A stretch of 64,000 nt of DNA. Origin: a virus. Position numbers and translations under genes: made by a program. Where the stretch lies: IMG/VR virus record IMGVR_UViG_3300044639_001193, positions 1-64,000 of that record; one strand, written 5' to 3'. The stretch's first letter is position 1. The number at the start of each line of letters is the position of its first letter. Below are positions 47,798 through 57,445 of this stretch, piece after piece. The notes under the pieces were generated by a model. It had not been told where the DNA came from, searched no databases, and was given only the letters and a program-made list of their open reading frames with translations.

Positions 47798-49403
47798 GTT
47801 AAAGCCGTATCAAGTTGAGGCTGTTGACAAAATGGCTTCTCGTAAAAAGATGCTAGTTGCATACGAGATGGGTTTAGGTAAAACCTGTATGACTATTGCT
47901 GCTCTTGAAAAATTAAAAGAAGAAGGAACACTTACTAAACCAACTTTAATTATTGCGTTGTCTAGTCTGAAATACCAATGGCAAAAAGAAATTAATAAAT
48001 TCTCAGATGATTATTCCTCTGTAGTAGACGGTTCAAAAGGAACTCGTTACATTCGTTGGGAACGAGACATGACCTGGGAAGAACATACTGGTTACATTAT
48101 TGCTAACTACGAAACCATTGTTGCAGATTGGGATGTAATTAAAGACTACGAGTGGGGCGCAATTGTTTGCGATGAAGCCACTGCCATTAAAAGTTTTAAA
48201 TCCCAACGTTCAAAAGTAGTAAAGAAACTTGCTAGAAACATCCCAATTAGATTTGCACTTACAGGTACTCCAATTGAAAACGGACGCCCAGAAGAGTTGT
48301 ATAGCATTATGCAGTTTGTAGACGACACATTACTTGGTCGTTTTGATTTGTTTGACCAAACTTTTATTGTACGCAATCACTTTGGTGGAGTGCAGCGGTA
48401 TCGCAATCTCCCTATCTTTCACGAAAAAATGAAACAAGTGTTTGTTAGAAAAACTCAAAAAGACCCAGACGTAGCCCCGTATCTTCCTGAAACTATTCAT
48501 TTGGAACCAACGTTTATTTCCTTAGACAAAAAAACAAAAGAACTTTACGACAAAATTGCTAATGATTTAAAACAAGAACTTATAGAAGCACAAACACTTC
48601 TTGGTGGTGGGTTCTCATTAGAAGCCCATTACGGTCATGGATTTCAACCTGGTTCTCCAGCAGACCAATTGCGTGGCTCAATTATGAGCAAAATAACTTC
48701 TTTAAGAATGATATGTGATTCTCCTTTACTGCTTGTTGATAGCGCTACAAAATTTAAAAATGGTTGGGTTGATGTAGACGGTGAGTCTATAAACATTGAA
48801 GGCTCAAAAGGTGGCAGCGCTTACGTGGCAGGGTTAGCCGACCAAGGGCTTCTTGATGGGTTAACTAAATCGCCAAAATTAGATGCGGTTATTGACTACA
48901 TAATTGACCATCTCAACATGGAGGAAAGTCATAAAGTTGTTATTTTTACTTGCTATTTAGGTGTGCTACCACTTCTCCAAAATGCTTTAACCCAAAAGAA
49001 GATAACCAGCACTCTGTACTCTGGACAAATGGACGCCAAGGCTAAAGAAGAATCAAAGACTTTGTTCCAAACTTCTTTAGACGTACGAGTATTAATTTCT
49101 ACTGATGCTGGCGGCTACGGCGTAGACTTACCTCAAGCCAATCTTCTTGTTAATTATGATTTACCTTGGTCGTCAGGAACTGCGGTCCAAAGAAACTCAC
49201 GAATTCGTCGTGCTTCTAGTACTTGGAAAAGCGTTGTTATTCAAGACTTTTTAGTGCTAGGCTCCATAGAAGAGCGCCAGCACCAGATGTTATTACAGAA
49301 GAATGCCGTAGCAGATGCTGTAATGGATGGAGCAGGAATCAATAAAAAAGGCGGAATTGACCTAACCGTTGGTAGCCTGATAAACTTCTTGCAGGGAAAA
49401 TAG
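47784..49403 (+). CDS. SNF2-family (SF2) helicase
   Basis: LKPYQ, EMGLGKT, CDEA, LTGTPIEN, GGYGVDL and QRNSRIRR; start could be 47775 or 47784. Confidence 0.9.
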   Translation: MFTGELKPYQVEAVDKMASRKKMLVAYEMGLGKTCMTIAALEKLKEEGTLTKPTLIIALSSLKYQWQKEINKFSDDYSSVVDGSKGTRYIRWERDMTWEEHTGYIIANYETIVADWDVIKDYEWGAIVCDEATAIKSFKSQRSKVVKKLARNIPIRFALTGTPIENGRPEELYSIMQFVDDTLLGRFDLFDQTFIVRNHFGGVQRYRNLPIFHEKMKQVFVRKTQKDPDVAPYLPETIHLEPTFISLDKKTKELYDKIANDLKQELIEAQTLLGGGFSLEAHYGHGFQPGSPADQLRGSIMSKITSLRMICDSPLLLVDSATKFKNGWVDVDGESINIEGSKGGSAYVAGLADQGLLDGLTKSPKLDAVIDYIIDHLNMEESHKVVIFTCYLGVLPLLQNALTQKKITSTLYSGQMDAKAKEESKTLFQTSLDVRVLISTDAGGYGVDLPQANLLVNYDLPWSSGTAVQRNSRIRRASSTWKSVVIQDFLVLGSIEERQHQMLLQKNAVADAVMDGAGINKKGGIDLTVGSLINFLQGK

Positions 49404-49413
49404 GGGGAACAAA

Positions 49414-49854
49414 ATGGCACGAATCAAAGCAGAAGCAACACGTACAGCAGACCAAGACAGCCTTGTTAATCAGGCTAAAGAATATGCGTTCATCAAATCA
49501 CAGATGGATTATCTAGAAAAACAACAAAAAGAACTTCGTGAGAAGTTGTTTGAGGTTCTTGATACTTCAGGTGAACCTGATGATAAAGGCAACATAATTG
49601 TAGAACTTCCTCAAGAAGTTGATGGGTTTTTTTCCATTGTAAAACAAAAGCGAGTATCTCGTAAAGTTGATGAACTTGTTGCAGATGAAATTATTACCGC
49701 AAAAGGTATGGAAGAAACTTTGTACAAAACAGTTCGTATGGTAGACGAAGACGCACTAATGGCTGCGTTGTATAACGATGAACTTACAGAAGAAGAAATT
49801 GACCAAATGTATCCACAGAAAATTACGTGGGCACTTGTTCTAAGTAAGAAGTAA
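49414..49854 (+). CDS. hypothetical protein (Gam/Gp157-like coiled-coil nuclease-inhibitor candidate)
   Basis: N-terminal coiled coil and VDEDAL motif; family assignment tentative. Confidence 0.5.
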   Translation: MARIKAEATRTADQDSLVNQAKEYAFIKSQMDYLEKQQKELREKLFEVLDTSGEPDDKGNIIVELPQEVDGFFSIVKQKRVSRKVDELVADEIITAKGMEETLYKTVRMVDEDALMAALYNDELTEEEIDQMYPQKITWALVLSKK

Positions 49855-49856
49855 TC

Positions 49857-50342
49857 ATGGCAGGTCTACGGGGTCAAGACGAAATTGAAAAAGCGTTTGC
49901 TGATTTGGAATACGTTCCAGGTTCTAAGAAAAAACGCCGTGAACTAGACCCAAAAGTTTCTCGCCGTAAGGTGGGGGAAAGTAATGGTTGGGATGCAAAC
50001 CCAGTCATTAAAACATTAGGCGGAAAAGAAACGGAAGTCTTTACGATTAGTGCATTAGCACTAGCGTTGGAGAAGTCCATAGTAACAATCCGTTTATGGG
50101 AGCGCAAAGGGTATATCCCACGTGCACCATACAGACTTCGTGCCAAGACTCTTGGTGGGAAGAAGACTGGTGGTAATCGTGTGTACACCAGAGCGCTCAT
50201 TGAGTCCACACTTGAAGAGTTTTCAAAGCGTGGCTTACTAGGAACTGCTCGTGTAGAGTGGAACCAACACGATGACTTAACAGAAACGTTAGTAAGAACC
50301 TGGAAAGTCATCATATCCGAAGAGAGCCGTGAGGCCTCATGA
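49857..50342 (+). CDS. MerR-like HTH DNA-binding protein
   Basis: FTISALA.AL.KS..TIRLWERKGYIP....R......R.YT. Confidence 0.75.
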   Translation: MAGLRGQDEIEKAFADLEYVPGSKKKRRELDPKVSRRKVGESNGWDANPVIKTLGGKETEVFTISALALALEKSIVTIRLWERKGYIPRAPYRLRAKTLGGKKTGGNRVYTRALIESTLEEFSKRGLLGTARVEWNQHDDLTETLVRTWKVIISEESREAS

Positions 50343-50356
50343 CCGAAAGAAACCAA

Positions 50357-51007
50357 ATGCCGATTAAAATGCCAGCAGTAAACGCTGAAACCTATCTTGA
50401 AGAAGATAGCGCTGATATCCAACCTACAGTTGGAACAACCGTGCAAGAAGGCTGGGATGCAGCCGAAGCACTACTCAAAGTAGAGACATCTGAATTTCCA
50501 ACAGATTTCCGATTCTCTGACGAACCACGCCTTGTAAAGTTTTTACAAGACCGCCCATTCGCTACTTACGAGCAGCATTGGATTGAACGTCCAAAGGGCA
50601 AGAAGTCTTTTGTTTGCATCGGAGATGGTTGCCCACTCTGTGAAATCCTTGGCGATAAGCCACGAGGCAAGTTTGCATTCAATGTTCTTGTATTAACTGG
50701 CGATGTTCAGGGCGTACAAATTTTGACTGCACCTCCGTCACTTGCCCGCCAGATTAAGAAAGCCCACGATGATGAGCGCAAAGGCCCTCTTGACCGTGAG
50801 TTCTGGGAAATTTCTCGCATGGGAACAGGCCCTACTACGCAGTACACCCTCAACTTCGTACGTGGTCGTGACCTTGCAGAGGAATGGAAGTTGTCATTAG
50901 ACAACGTTAATGAGTTAATTGCAAACGCTGAGTCTTTTTCAGCCGAAGATGTAGTTCGTGAGACCCCTCGCTCTGAACTTCTTGAAATTGCTCGCTCAAT
51001 AGCGTAA
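50357..51007 (+). CDS. single-stranded DNA-binding protein (gp32-like)
   Basis: QHW...FVC....CPLC, FAFNV and ISRMGTG..TQY; located before the polymerase. Confidence 0.7.
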   Translation: MPIKMPAVNAETYLEEDSADIQPTVGTTVQEGWDAAEALLKVETSEFPTDFRFSDEPRLVKFLQDRPFATYEQHWIERPKGKKSFVCIGDGCPLCEILGDKPRGKFAFNVLVLTGDVQGVQILTAPPSLARQIKKAHDDERKGPLDREFWEISRMGTGPTTQYTLNFVRGRDLAEEWKLSLDNVNELIANAESFSAEDVVRETPRSELLEIARSIA

Positions 51008-51021
51008 GACTTCCAAGTAGC

Positions 51022-51072
51022 AGGGGGCCTGTTTATATCCGTTTCCAGGCCCCCTCTACACACTTAGAGGGG
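51022..51072 (+). promoter_or_regulatory. alternative RNA hairpins overlapping the polymerase SD
   Basis: AGGGGGCCTG/CAGGCCCCCT competes with CCCCTCTA/TAGAGGGG. Confidence 0.55.
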
Positions 51073-51078
51073 ATTTAG

Positions 51079-53088
51079 ATGAACATAATTACAACTAAAC
51101 AACAGTTAGCAGACCTTGTTGAGTTTTACTCCAAGGTAGAGGGTTTTGCTTTTGACGTTGAAACCGTTGGTGATAACCGTATCCAACCAGTAGTAAACGA
51201 CGTGCTATGGATTTCATTAGCAACAGATGACCGCACAGACGTTATACCTATGGGTCACCCTAATGGTGAATTTTTGCATTGGGATAAAGAACTTTTATTA
51301 AGTGGTCAAAAGAAACTTGCTGCAGGAAAAGAACGTGACGATTTAAAAGACACAGACTTTACAAAGAACCAAGCCAAGTGGACACCCGTGTTTGACGCTC
51401 CACCAGAACAATTACTTCCAGGAGATGTCTTTAAGGCATTAAAGCCATTGTTCTTTAGTGACCAGTTAAAAGTTGGTCACAACATTAAATTTGACCTTAA
51501 ATCAATTGCCAAATATTACCGTGGTGTAGTTCCAACAAAACCGTTCTTTGACACAATGATGGCAGCGTTTGTACTTGATAACCGTAACCGTGGAAAACTA
51601 GGACTTAAAGATTGCGCTGAAAAGTTTCTCAAGATTAAAGTTGAAAAAGGTATTGGTGCAATGGTGGAGGTTCATTCCTTCTCAGACGTAGCACATTACT
51701 CAGGGTTTGACTCAGAGGTTACTTGGAAGTTATACCGTTTATTAGCGCCTAAGTTAACAGGCGGGTTATCCCGTGTATGGGGATTAGAGATGGATGTTGT
51801 TGCAGCGCTTTGCGATATGGAACTTGCTGGAGCATCTATTGATGTAGAGGAACTTAAACTTCTTAAAGAGCGGTTAGAGACAGACATTGATTTAGCACGA
51901 GGCAAGGCATACAAGTTGGCTGGCAAACCATTTGCTATGAACTCAGTGCCAGAGAAACAGAAGTTGCTATTCCTTCCTAAAGACGAAGGTGGTCGTGGTA
52001 TCAAGCCAAACGTTAAGATTAAAATTGCTTTAACGGCTAAAGGCCAAGACATAGCGTATGCACACGGAGAGTTAACAATCAATCATTTTTCTGTATCATC
52101 AGATGCTTTGGAGTTTTATCGCGCTAAAGACGAGTTAGTAGATGCAATCCTTGAGTACCAGGACTTGAACAAGTTGATGACTACTTATGTGATTCCATAT
52201 TTAGGTGGCGAGGTAACTCGCACCAACTTAGGTAAGTCAAAGATTGTGCAAAAAGATTCGCTCCTAATCAAGGGTAAAGTACATACTAACTTTAAATCAC
52301 ATGGAGCAGAGACAGGTCGTTTCTCCAGTAGTGACCCAAACCTACAGAACATCCCTTCATCAGGTAAGTACGGTAAGTTGATTCGTAATCTGTTTATTGC
52401 ACCACCAGGATACAAACTGGTTGTAGCAGACTACTCGCAGATTGAACCACGCATTATTGCAGCGTTTTCTGGTGACCCAATTATGGTTGATAACTATGTA
52501 ACTGGTGGAGATATCTATACAACTATCGGTAACACAATGGGTGTAGACCGCAAAGCAGGTAAAGTTTTAGTGTTATCTATTGCCTACGGTGTAGGGCCAG
52601 ACAAGATTGCACAACAAGTTGGTTGTTCTATTACTGAAGCAAAAGATTTGCTTAATCGGTTTACAGCGCAGTTTAGTGACATTGCAAAATACAAAGCAAA
52701 GGTTATTCGTATGGCAGCACAGCAGTCTCCAGTACCGTTTGTAGAGACTTTAATGGGCCGTCGTCGTTACATTCCTGACCTACGAAGCATTGATAAAGGA
52801 TTAAAGTCAAGAGCAGACCGACAAGCATTTAATACAGTTATTCAAGGTTCTGCAGCAGACATTATGAAACTAGCCATTATTAGGGCACATTCGTGTTTTA
52901 TTGATGAACCAGATGTAAATGTTGTATTGACTGTGCACGATGAACTTGTTACAGTTGCACGTGATGATTTAGCCGAGGAAACCGCCGAAGCAATTCGTTT
53001 GTCAATGGAAGGAATCAAATTGAAAGAGATTACAGTTCCCTTGATTGCAGACGTAAAAATAGTAGACAAGTGGGGAGAAGCGAAGTGA
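51079..53088 (+). CDS. polA: family A DNA polymerase (3'-5' exonuclease plus polymerase)
   Basis: FDVET, GHNIKFD, TGRFSSSDPNLQNIP, ADYSQIEPR, QGSAAD and VHDE motifs. Confidence 0.96.
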   Translation: MNIITTKQQLADLVEFYSKVEGFAFDVETVGDNRIQPVVNDVLWISLATDDRTDVIPMGHPNGEFLHWDKELLLSGQKKLAAGKERDDLKDTDFTKNQAKWTPVFDAPPEQLLPGDVFKALKPLFFSDQLKVGHNIKFDLKSIAKYYRGVVPTKPFFDTMMAAFVLDNRNRGKLGLKDCAEKFLKIKVEKGIGAMVEVHSFSDVAHYSGFDSEVTWKLYRLLAPKLTGGLSRVWGLEMDVVAALCDMELAGASIDVEELKLLKERLETDIDLARGKAYKLAGKPFAMNSVPEKQKLLFLPKDEGGRGIKPNVKIKIALTAKGQDIAYAHGELTINHFSVSSDALEFYRAKDELVDAILEYQDLNKLMTTYVIPYLGGEVTRTNLGKSKIVQKDSLLIKGKVHTNFKSHGAETGRFSSSDPNLQNIPSSGKYGKLIRNLFIAPPGYKLVVADYSQIEPRIIAAFSGDPIMVDNYVTGGDIYTTIGNTMGVDRKAGKVLVLSIAYGVGPDKIAQQVGCSITEAKDLLNRFTAQFSDIAKYKAKVIRMAAQQSPVPFVETLMGRRRYIPDLRSIDKGLKSRADRQAFNTVIQGSAADIMKLAIIRAHSCFIDEPDVNVVLTVHDELVTVARDDLAEETAEAIRLSMEGIKLKEITVPLIADVKIVDKWGEAK

Positions 53089-53201
53089 AATTTATTTGTA
53101 AATTATTTGGACATAAGATGTATAACATTGTGTGGTCTAGCCTAGACCAAGACTTTACAGTCTTGTGCGTACGTTGCGAGTCACGTTGGGAAACCAAGTG
53201 A
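53085..53201 (+). CDS. 38-aa Cys/His protein (DUF1660-like; not in the ORF track)
   Basis: MKFICKLFGHKMYNIVWSSLDQDFTVLCVRCESRWETK*; GTGA overlaps at both ends. Confidence 0.65.
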   Translation: MKFICKLFGHKMYNIVWSSLDQDFTVLCVRCESRWETK

Positions 53202-53569
53202 CAAACGCAGATTGGTGGGCTAAACAACTAGGTGCACAACCACAACAAGCACCCGTAGCAGCACGTCCAGCAAATAACCCTATGCCGCCATCACAGCAGC
53301 CTATGACTACCTTTCAACAGCCTGCTCCTATGTCTAAAGCCCAGAGTTCTACTCAGACACAGTTGTGTCCAGATTGCGGTGGCGGTAACTACATGACCGT
53401 ACAAAATGCAGCAGCACGTTGTTACGATTGTGGTTATCCGCTTACTCAAGCAGGCAGCCGTTATGGAGCACTAACAGGTGCAAGCGTAGAAGGTAGCGCA
53501 AAACAAGCAAACGGTAATGACGTAGCAAGTAATTGGAACCCACAAGGAATTATTGGGAGAATTAATTGA
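53198..53569 (+). CDS. zinc-finger hypothetical protein
   Basis: CPDCG...CYDCG; GTG start at 53198 inferred from the overlap. Confidence 0.7.
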   Translation: MTNADWWAKQLGAQPQQAPVAARPANNPMPPSQQPMTTFQQPAPMSKAQSSTQTQLCPDCGGGNYMTVQNAAARCYDCGYPLTQAGSRYGALTGASVEGSAKQANGNDVASNWNPQGIIGRIN

Positions 53570-53958
53570 GTAGTAAAGCATTTTCAGCGTTTGATTTGGA
53601 CCTTGAATTTGGGCAAGAAGGAGAAGCCCTTGTACAAGAGTTGCTTACCGATGGGCGCACCATTGAAGTTAAACGAGATAGAAAATGGAAAGATACTCAC
53701 AACGTTTATGTTGAAACAGAATGTTATTTTGTTGGAAAACAGAGTTGGGGTTTGTCTGGGTTAAGCGTAACTGAAGCCAAGTATTGGGCTTTTGTACTAG
53801 AGGAAGCAGTTCTTCTGGTTCCTACCGATGCTTTGCGTTACGCAATAAAAGAATTTGGCGGATATACGGAGTGTCGTATTCCTCCGAACTACAGTAAAGG
53901 ATACCTTTTGACTGTGCCGCAAATATTAAAATCTATAAAGGAGTACAAAGGTGATTAA
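53566..53958 (+). CDS. PD-(D/E)XK nuclease-like protein
   Basis: G..GE..V.......IEVKRD......N.YVE. Confidence 0.6.
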   Translation: MSSKAFSAFDLDLEFGQEGEALVQELLTDGRTIEVKRDRKWKDTHNVYVETECYFVGKQSWGLSGLSVTEAKYWAFVLEEAVLLVPTDALRYAIKEFGGYTECRIPPNYSKGYLLTVPQILKSIKEYKGD

Positions 53959-54997
53959 TGATGAAGCCAAAAAGATTGTTGCTCAACTTAATAAAAGGTT
54001 TGGGGACAACGTTGTTGTTCTTGCCAGTGATATTCGTAGCGACACTATTCCTCGTATTACAAGCGGCTCTACTACTCTTGACTATGTTCTTGGGGGCGGT
54101 TTTCCAGGTAACCAATGGAATGAACTCATCGGTGAACCATCTCACGGAAAAACTGCTGTTGCTCTTAAAACCATTGCAGCCAATCAGCAACGAGACCCCA
54201 ACTACACAACCGTTTGGGTTGCCGCTGAACAATGGGTCCCAGACTATGCAGCAATGTGTGGTGTGGATACAACACGGGTCATTGTCATTGAAACGTCAGT
54301 CATGGAAGAGGCCTATCAAGCCGTAATTGAATTTGCTGAATCAAAAGCAGTTGATGCAATTGTAATTGATTCATTACCTGCCCTATCCCCTGCTCCAGAA
54401 ATGGAAAAGGACATGTCAGAAATGACTGTAGGAAGGGGCGCATTACTTACTAACAAGTTCTTCAGAGTCGTCGGGACAGCGATGAAGCGGTCATTGGTTG
54501 AGGATGAGCGTCCTGTATTGGGCCTCATCATCAATCAATACCGAATGAAGATTGGCGTAATGCATGGCGACCCACGGACAACTCCTGGCGGAGAAGGAAA
54601 GAACTATGCATTCTTTACACGTTGTGAAGTACGTCGTAAGGAATGGATTGAAATCGGTTCAGGAACAAATAAAGTACGAGTAGGACAACAAATTGTTGTT
54701 CGTACATTAAAGAACAAGACTGCACCACCACAACGTGTTGCATACTTTGATTTCTACTTTGCAGAAGGTGGCAACTGTGCTCCAGGAGAATACGATTTTG
54801 CAAAAGAAATTGCTTCTTTAGGAGTAATCATGGGAGTCATTAACCGCAAGGGTGGTTGGTTCTACCACGGTGAGCGCAAGTGGCAGGGTATTGACTCTGT
54901 TATTGCCAGCATCCGTGAAGAAGTTGACCTTAAAGAAGAGATACAAAAAGCAGTACTAGCATCTGATGCCGCACCTTTGGCGGCTGATGAAGACTGA
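53951..54997 (+). CDS. recA: RecA/UvsX-like recombinase
   Basis: SGS..LD..LGGG.P, GEPSHGKT, IVIDSLPAL, INQYRMKIGVMHGDPRTTPGG and KNKTAPP. Confidence 0.95.
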   Translation: MINDEAKKIVAQLNKRFGDNVVVLASDIRSDTIPRITSGSTTLDYVLGGGFPGNQWNELIGEPSHGKTAVALKTIAANQQRDPNYTTVWVAAEQWVPDYAAMCGVDTTRVIVIETSVMEEAYQAVIEFAESKAVDAIVIDSLPALSPAPEMEKDMSEMTVGRGALLTNKFFRVVGTAMKRSLVEDERPVLGLIINQYRMKIGVMHGDPRTTPGGEGKNYAFFTRCEVRRKEWIEIGSGTNKVRVGQQIVVRTLKNKTAPPQRVAYFDFYFAEGGNCAPGEYDFAKEIASLGVIMGVINRKGGWFYHGERKWQGIDSVIASIREEVDLKEEIQKAVLASDAAPLAADED

Positions 54998-55304
54998 AGG
55001 ACAGAAACAATCTCAGAAGCACGAGAAGAGACTTGCTAAGAAAATTGGCGGTAAAACTATGGCTGCATCTGGAGCGTTTTGGTCTCACAAAGGAGATGTT
55101 CGGTCAAGCGACCTCTTGATTGAACATAAATTTACAGGTAAAAAACAAACGACGTTAAAGTCGGATGTGTTACGCAAAATCACGAGAGAGGCAATTCTTG
55201 ATGGACGTATGCCCGTACTGGGAGTTCATCTAGACGGGGAGGACTACGTGGTCCTTCTTGAGAACGATTTCTTGGAGATGAGGGACCGACTAAAGGATGC
55301 CTAA
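54987..55304 (+). CDS. Hjc-like PD-(D/E)XK Holliday junction resolvase
   Basis: HE.R.AK..GG.....SGA.....GDV......IEHK.T. Confidence 0.7.
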   Translation: MKTEGQKQSQKHEKRLAKKIGGKTMAASGAFWSHKGDVRSSDLLIEHKFTGKKQTTLKSDVLRKITREAILDGRMPVLGVHLDGEDYVVLLENDFLEMRDRLKDA

Positions 55305-55307
55305 CAC

Positions 55308-55622
55308 ATGGAAGAACCAGAGTATGCGTGGCGTTACAGCGCACGCTGTAAGGGTGAAGACACCGACATCTTCTACCCACCACGAGATAAAGAACAATAC
55401 AAAATCATTGCTAATCAAGCAAAGGTATTTTGTTTTGGAGAGAATAAAAAGAACCCGTGTCCCGTACAAAAGCAATGTTTATGGGATGCAGTTAAACGTG
55501 AGGAGCCTCACGGTATTTGGGGGGGCTTGAGTCATAGAGAAAGAAATGCTTTAATTCGTAAGTGGAAGAAATCGCATAAAAAGAAAATGTCGTTGCAAGA
55601 ATTTATCTTAACTAAGGAATAA
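55308..55622 (+). CDS. whiB: WhiB-family transcription factor
   Basis: W...A.C......F.P, four Cys (C, C, CPV...CL) and GIWGGLS..ER. Confidence 0.92.
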   Translation: MEEPEYAWRYSARCKGEDTDIFYPPRDKEQYKIIANQAKVFCFGENKKNPCPVQKQCLWDAVKREEPHGIWGGLSHRERNALIRKWKKSHKKKMSLQEFILTKE

Positions 55623-55623
55623 A

Positions 55624-56463
55624 ATGACAACTGAATTAAAGCGTTTTCTAGACGCAAAGAAACGTGAACCACGTCTCGTTGGAGATGTTGAACGTCACCT
55701 TATGCGTCGTCCGTTAGGTGACCGTTCTACAACAGTTCTGCACCCTTCAGAAATGATTAAAGATGATTTTTGTTTAAGGTATTCGTATTACCTTATGACA
55801 GGCGGAGAACAAAAGCAAGAAAAGCCAAACCTTCGTCTTCAATCTATTTTTGATGAAGGCCACTTCATCCATGAAAAATGGCAAACATGGTTTCATGAGA
55901 TGGATGTTTTATACGGACGTTTTCAGTGCAAGCACTGCGGTACTTCTGTTACAGGCATATCACCAAAGTGGTGTTTAAACTGCGAAGACCGTCGTATGGA
56001 ATACAAGGAAGTCACACTCATAGACAATGACCTTCGTATTGCAGGGCACACAGATGGTTGGATTAAGGGTATTGGCGAAGATTGCTTAATTGAGATTAAA
56101 TCAATTGGGGCAGGAACTTTCCGTTACGAAGCACCCGACCTTCTTAGAGACAACGATGGTGACATCTTTAAAGCATTTAACGGGATTAAACGACCATTCC
56201 GTAGCCACTTGTTACAGGGTCAAATGTATTTAGAGTTAGCACATCGTATGTTTGGTGAACAAGCGCCAAAAGAAATTGTATTTTTATATGAACTAAAGGC
56301 AGACCAAGCGTATAAAGAATTCACGGTAAAAGCAGATTATGAAATTGTAGACCGTATTTTCTTTAAGGCTGAGAAAGTTATTAAAGCAATCAAGGATGAA
56401 ATAATGCCTGAGTGCAACATAAGTCCAGAAGAAGGTTGTAAATCATGCAACTTGATTCCATAA
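55624..56463 (+). CDS. Cas4-like PD-(D/E)XK exonuclease with zinc-ribbon insertion
   Basis: HPS...C.R, G...H, GHTDG, IEIKS, Q...Y, C-terminal C......CxxC; internal CKHC/CLNC. Confidence 0.8.
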   Translation: MTTELKRFLDAKKREPRLVGDVERHLMRRPLGDRSTTVLHPSEMIKDDFCLRYSYYLMTGGEQKQEKPNLRLQSIFDEGHFIHEKWQTWFHEMDVLYGRFQCKHCGTSVTGISPKWCLNCEDRRMEYKEVTLIDNDLRIAGHTDGWIKGIGEDCLIEIKSIGAGTFRYEAPDLLRDNDGDIFKAFNGIKRPFRSHLLQGQMYLELAHRMFGEQAPKEIVFLYELKADQAYKEFTVKADYEIVDRIFFKAEKVIKAIKDEIMPECNISPEEGCKSCNLIP

Positions 56464-56912
56464 CAGTTAAAGACCAACTCATTAACGCTAAGCAACCCAA
56501 CTATGACATGGTTAAGTTGCCACCAGATATTACTGCTTTGTCTAGTGAACAATTAGCAGAGATGTTTACGGTGTTAACAGGATGGGCAGACTACATTGCT
56601 ACTCAACTAGCAAATGCTCAAATTATGGAGAAGGTTGCTGAGAAAAAAGTAGACCGACTTATTGCGTCACTAACTGTAGACAAAATGGGCGCTGCAACAA
56701 AAGCAGATAGAGTCACTTTAATCAAAGCACAAATTGCAATAGACCCAGATGTACAAGACCTAGAAGACAGACACCATCAAACATACGCCCAACGCAAAGC
56801 GTGGGAAGTTATGTTGACTAACCAGGAACGTGATATCACACTGGTATCACGAGAGATAACTCGTCGTACTTCAGACCAACGAGCAATGCGAAAGGATTAC
56901 AACGGCGCATGA
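56445..56912 (+). CDS. coiled-coil protein (UvsY-like recombination mediator candidate)
   Basis: All-helical; C-terminal VSREITRR; located in the recombination module. Confidence 0.5.
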   Translation: MQLDSITVKDQLINAKQPNYDMVKLPPDITALSSEQLAEMFTVLTGWADYIATQLANAQIMEKVAEKKVDRLIASLTVDKMGAATKADRVTLIKAQIAIDPDVQDLEDRHHQTYAQRKAWEVMLTNQERDITLVSREITRRTSDQRAMRKDYNGA

Positions 56913-57445
56913 TTATTGGACTATCAGGTTACGCACGTTCTGGAAAAGATGAAGTAGCAAAGATTTTGGTAGAAGAATACGGCTATAAACGAATTGCGTT
57001 TGCTGACAACATTCGTAAATTGTTATACGCAACCAACCCTCAAGTAGGTGGGAACAGGTTACAGTTTTTAGTAGAAGACTATGGTTGGGATGTTGCTAAG
57101 TCCCAACCCGAAGTACGTCATTTGTTACAGTCTTTAGGCGTTGCAGCACGCAATCTTTTTGGAGAAGACTTTTGGATTAATAGTGCATTAAGACATTTAG
57201 AAATTCAAAAGAACTATGTTATTACCGATGTTAGGTTTGCTAATGAAGCAGACACTATAAAACTTAATGTAGAGTCTCAAATATGGCGCATTAAACGCAA
57301 CGGTGTAGAGGCAGTAAACGGGCATGTATCAGAGCATGATATGGATAGTTATCAAGTAGATATGATTTTAAAGAACGAGGGTACTTTAGAAGACCTACGA
57401 ACATTGGTTCGTAAGCGTATGGAGACTTCCCTCAATGCCAACTAA
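56909..57445 (+). CDS. deoxynucleoside monophosphate kinase
   Basis: IIGLSGYARSGKD, AFAD, R.LLQ.LG, ITDVRFANE and HVSE. Confidence 0.9.
   Translation: MIIGLSGYARSGKDEVAKILVEEYGYKRIAFADNIRKLLYATNPQVGGNRLQFLVEDYGWDVAKSQPEVRHLLQSLGVAARNLFGEDFWINSALRHLEIQKNYVITDVRFANEADTIKLNVESQIWRIKRNGVEAVNGHVSEHDMDSYQVDMILKNEGTLEDLRTLVRKRMETSLNAN

Noticed and set aside
49874-50446. 190-aa minus-strand ORF opposite the MerR-like gene
   Set aside because: Fully antisense to genes with recognisable motifs, with no recognisable features of its own
1483-54997. Inteins or introns in TerL, DnaB, PolA or RecA; stop-codon reassignment
   Set aside because: Protein sizes are normal, motifs are contiguous, and TAA, TAG and TGA all end genes cleanly at junctions
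55624-56463. CRISPR-Cas system suggested by the Cas4-like gene
   Set aside because: No other cas genes or array; stand-alone Cas4-like nucleases are common in phage recombination modules
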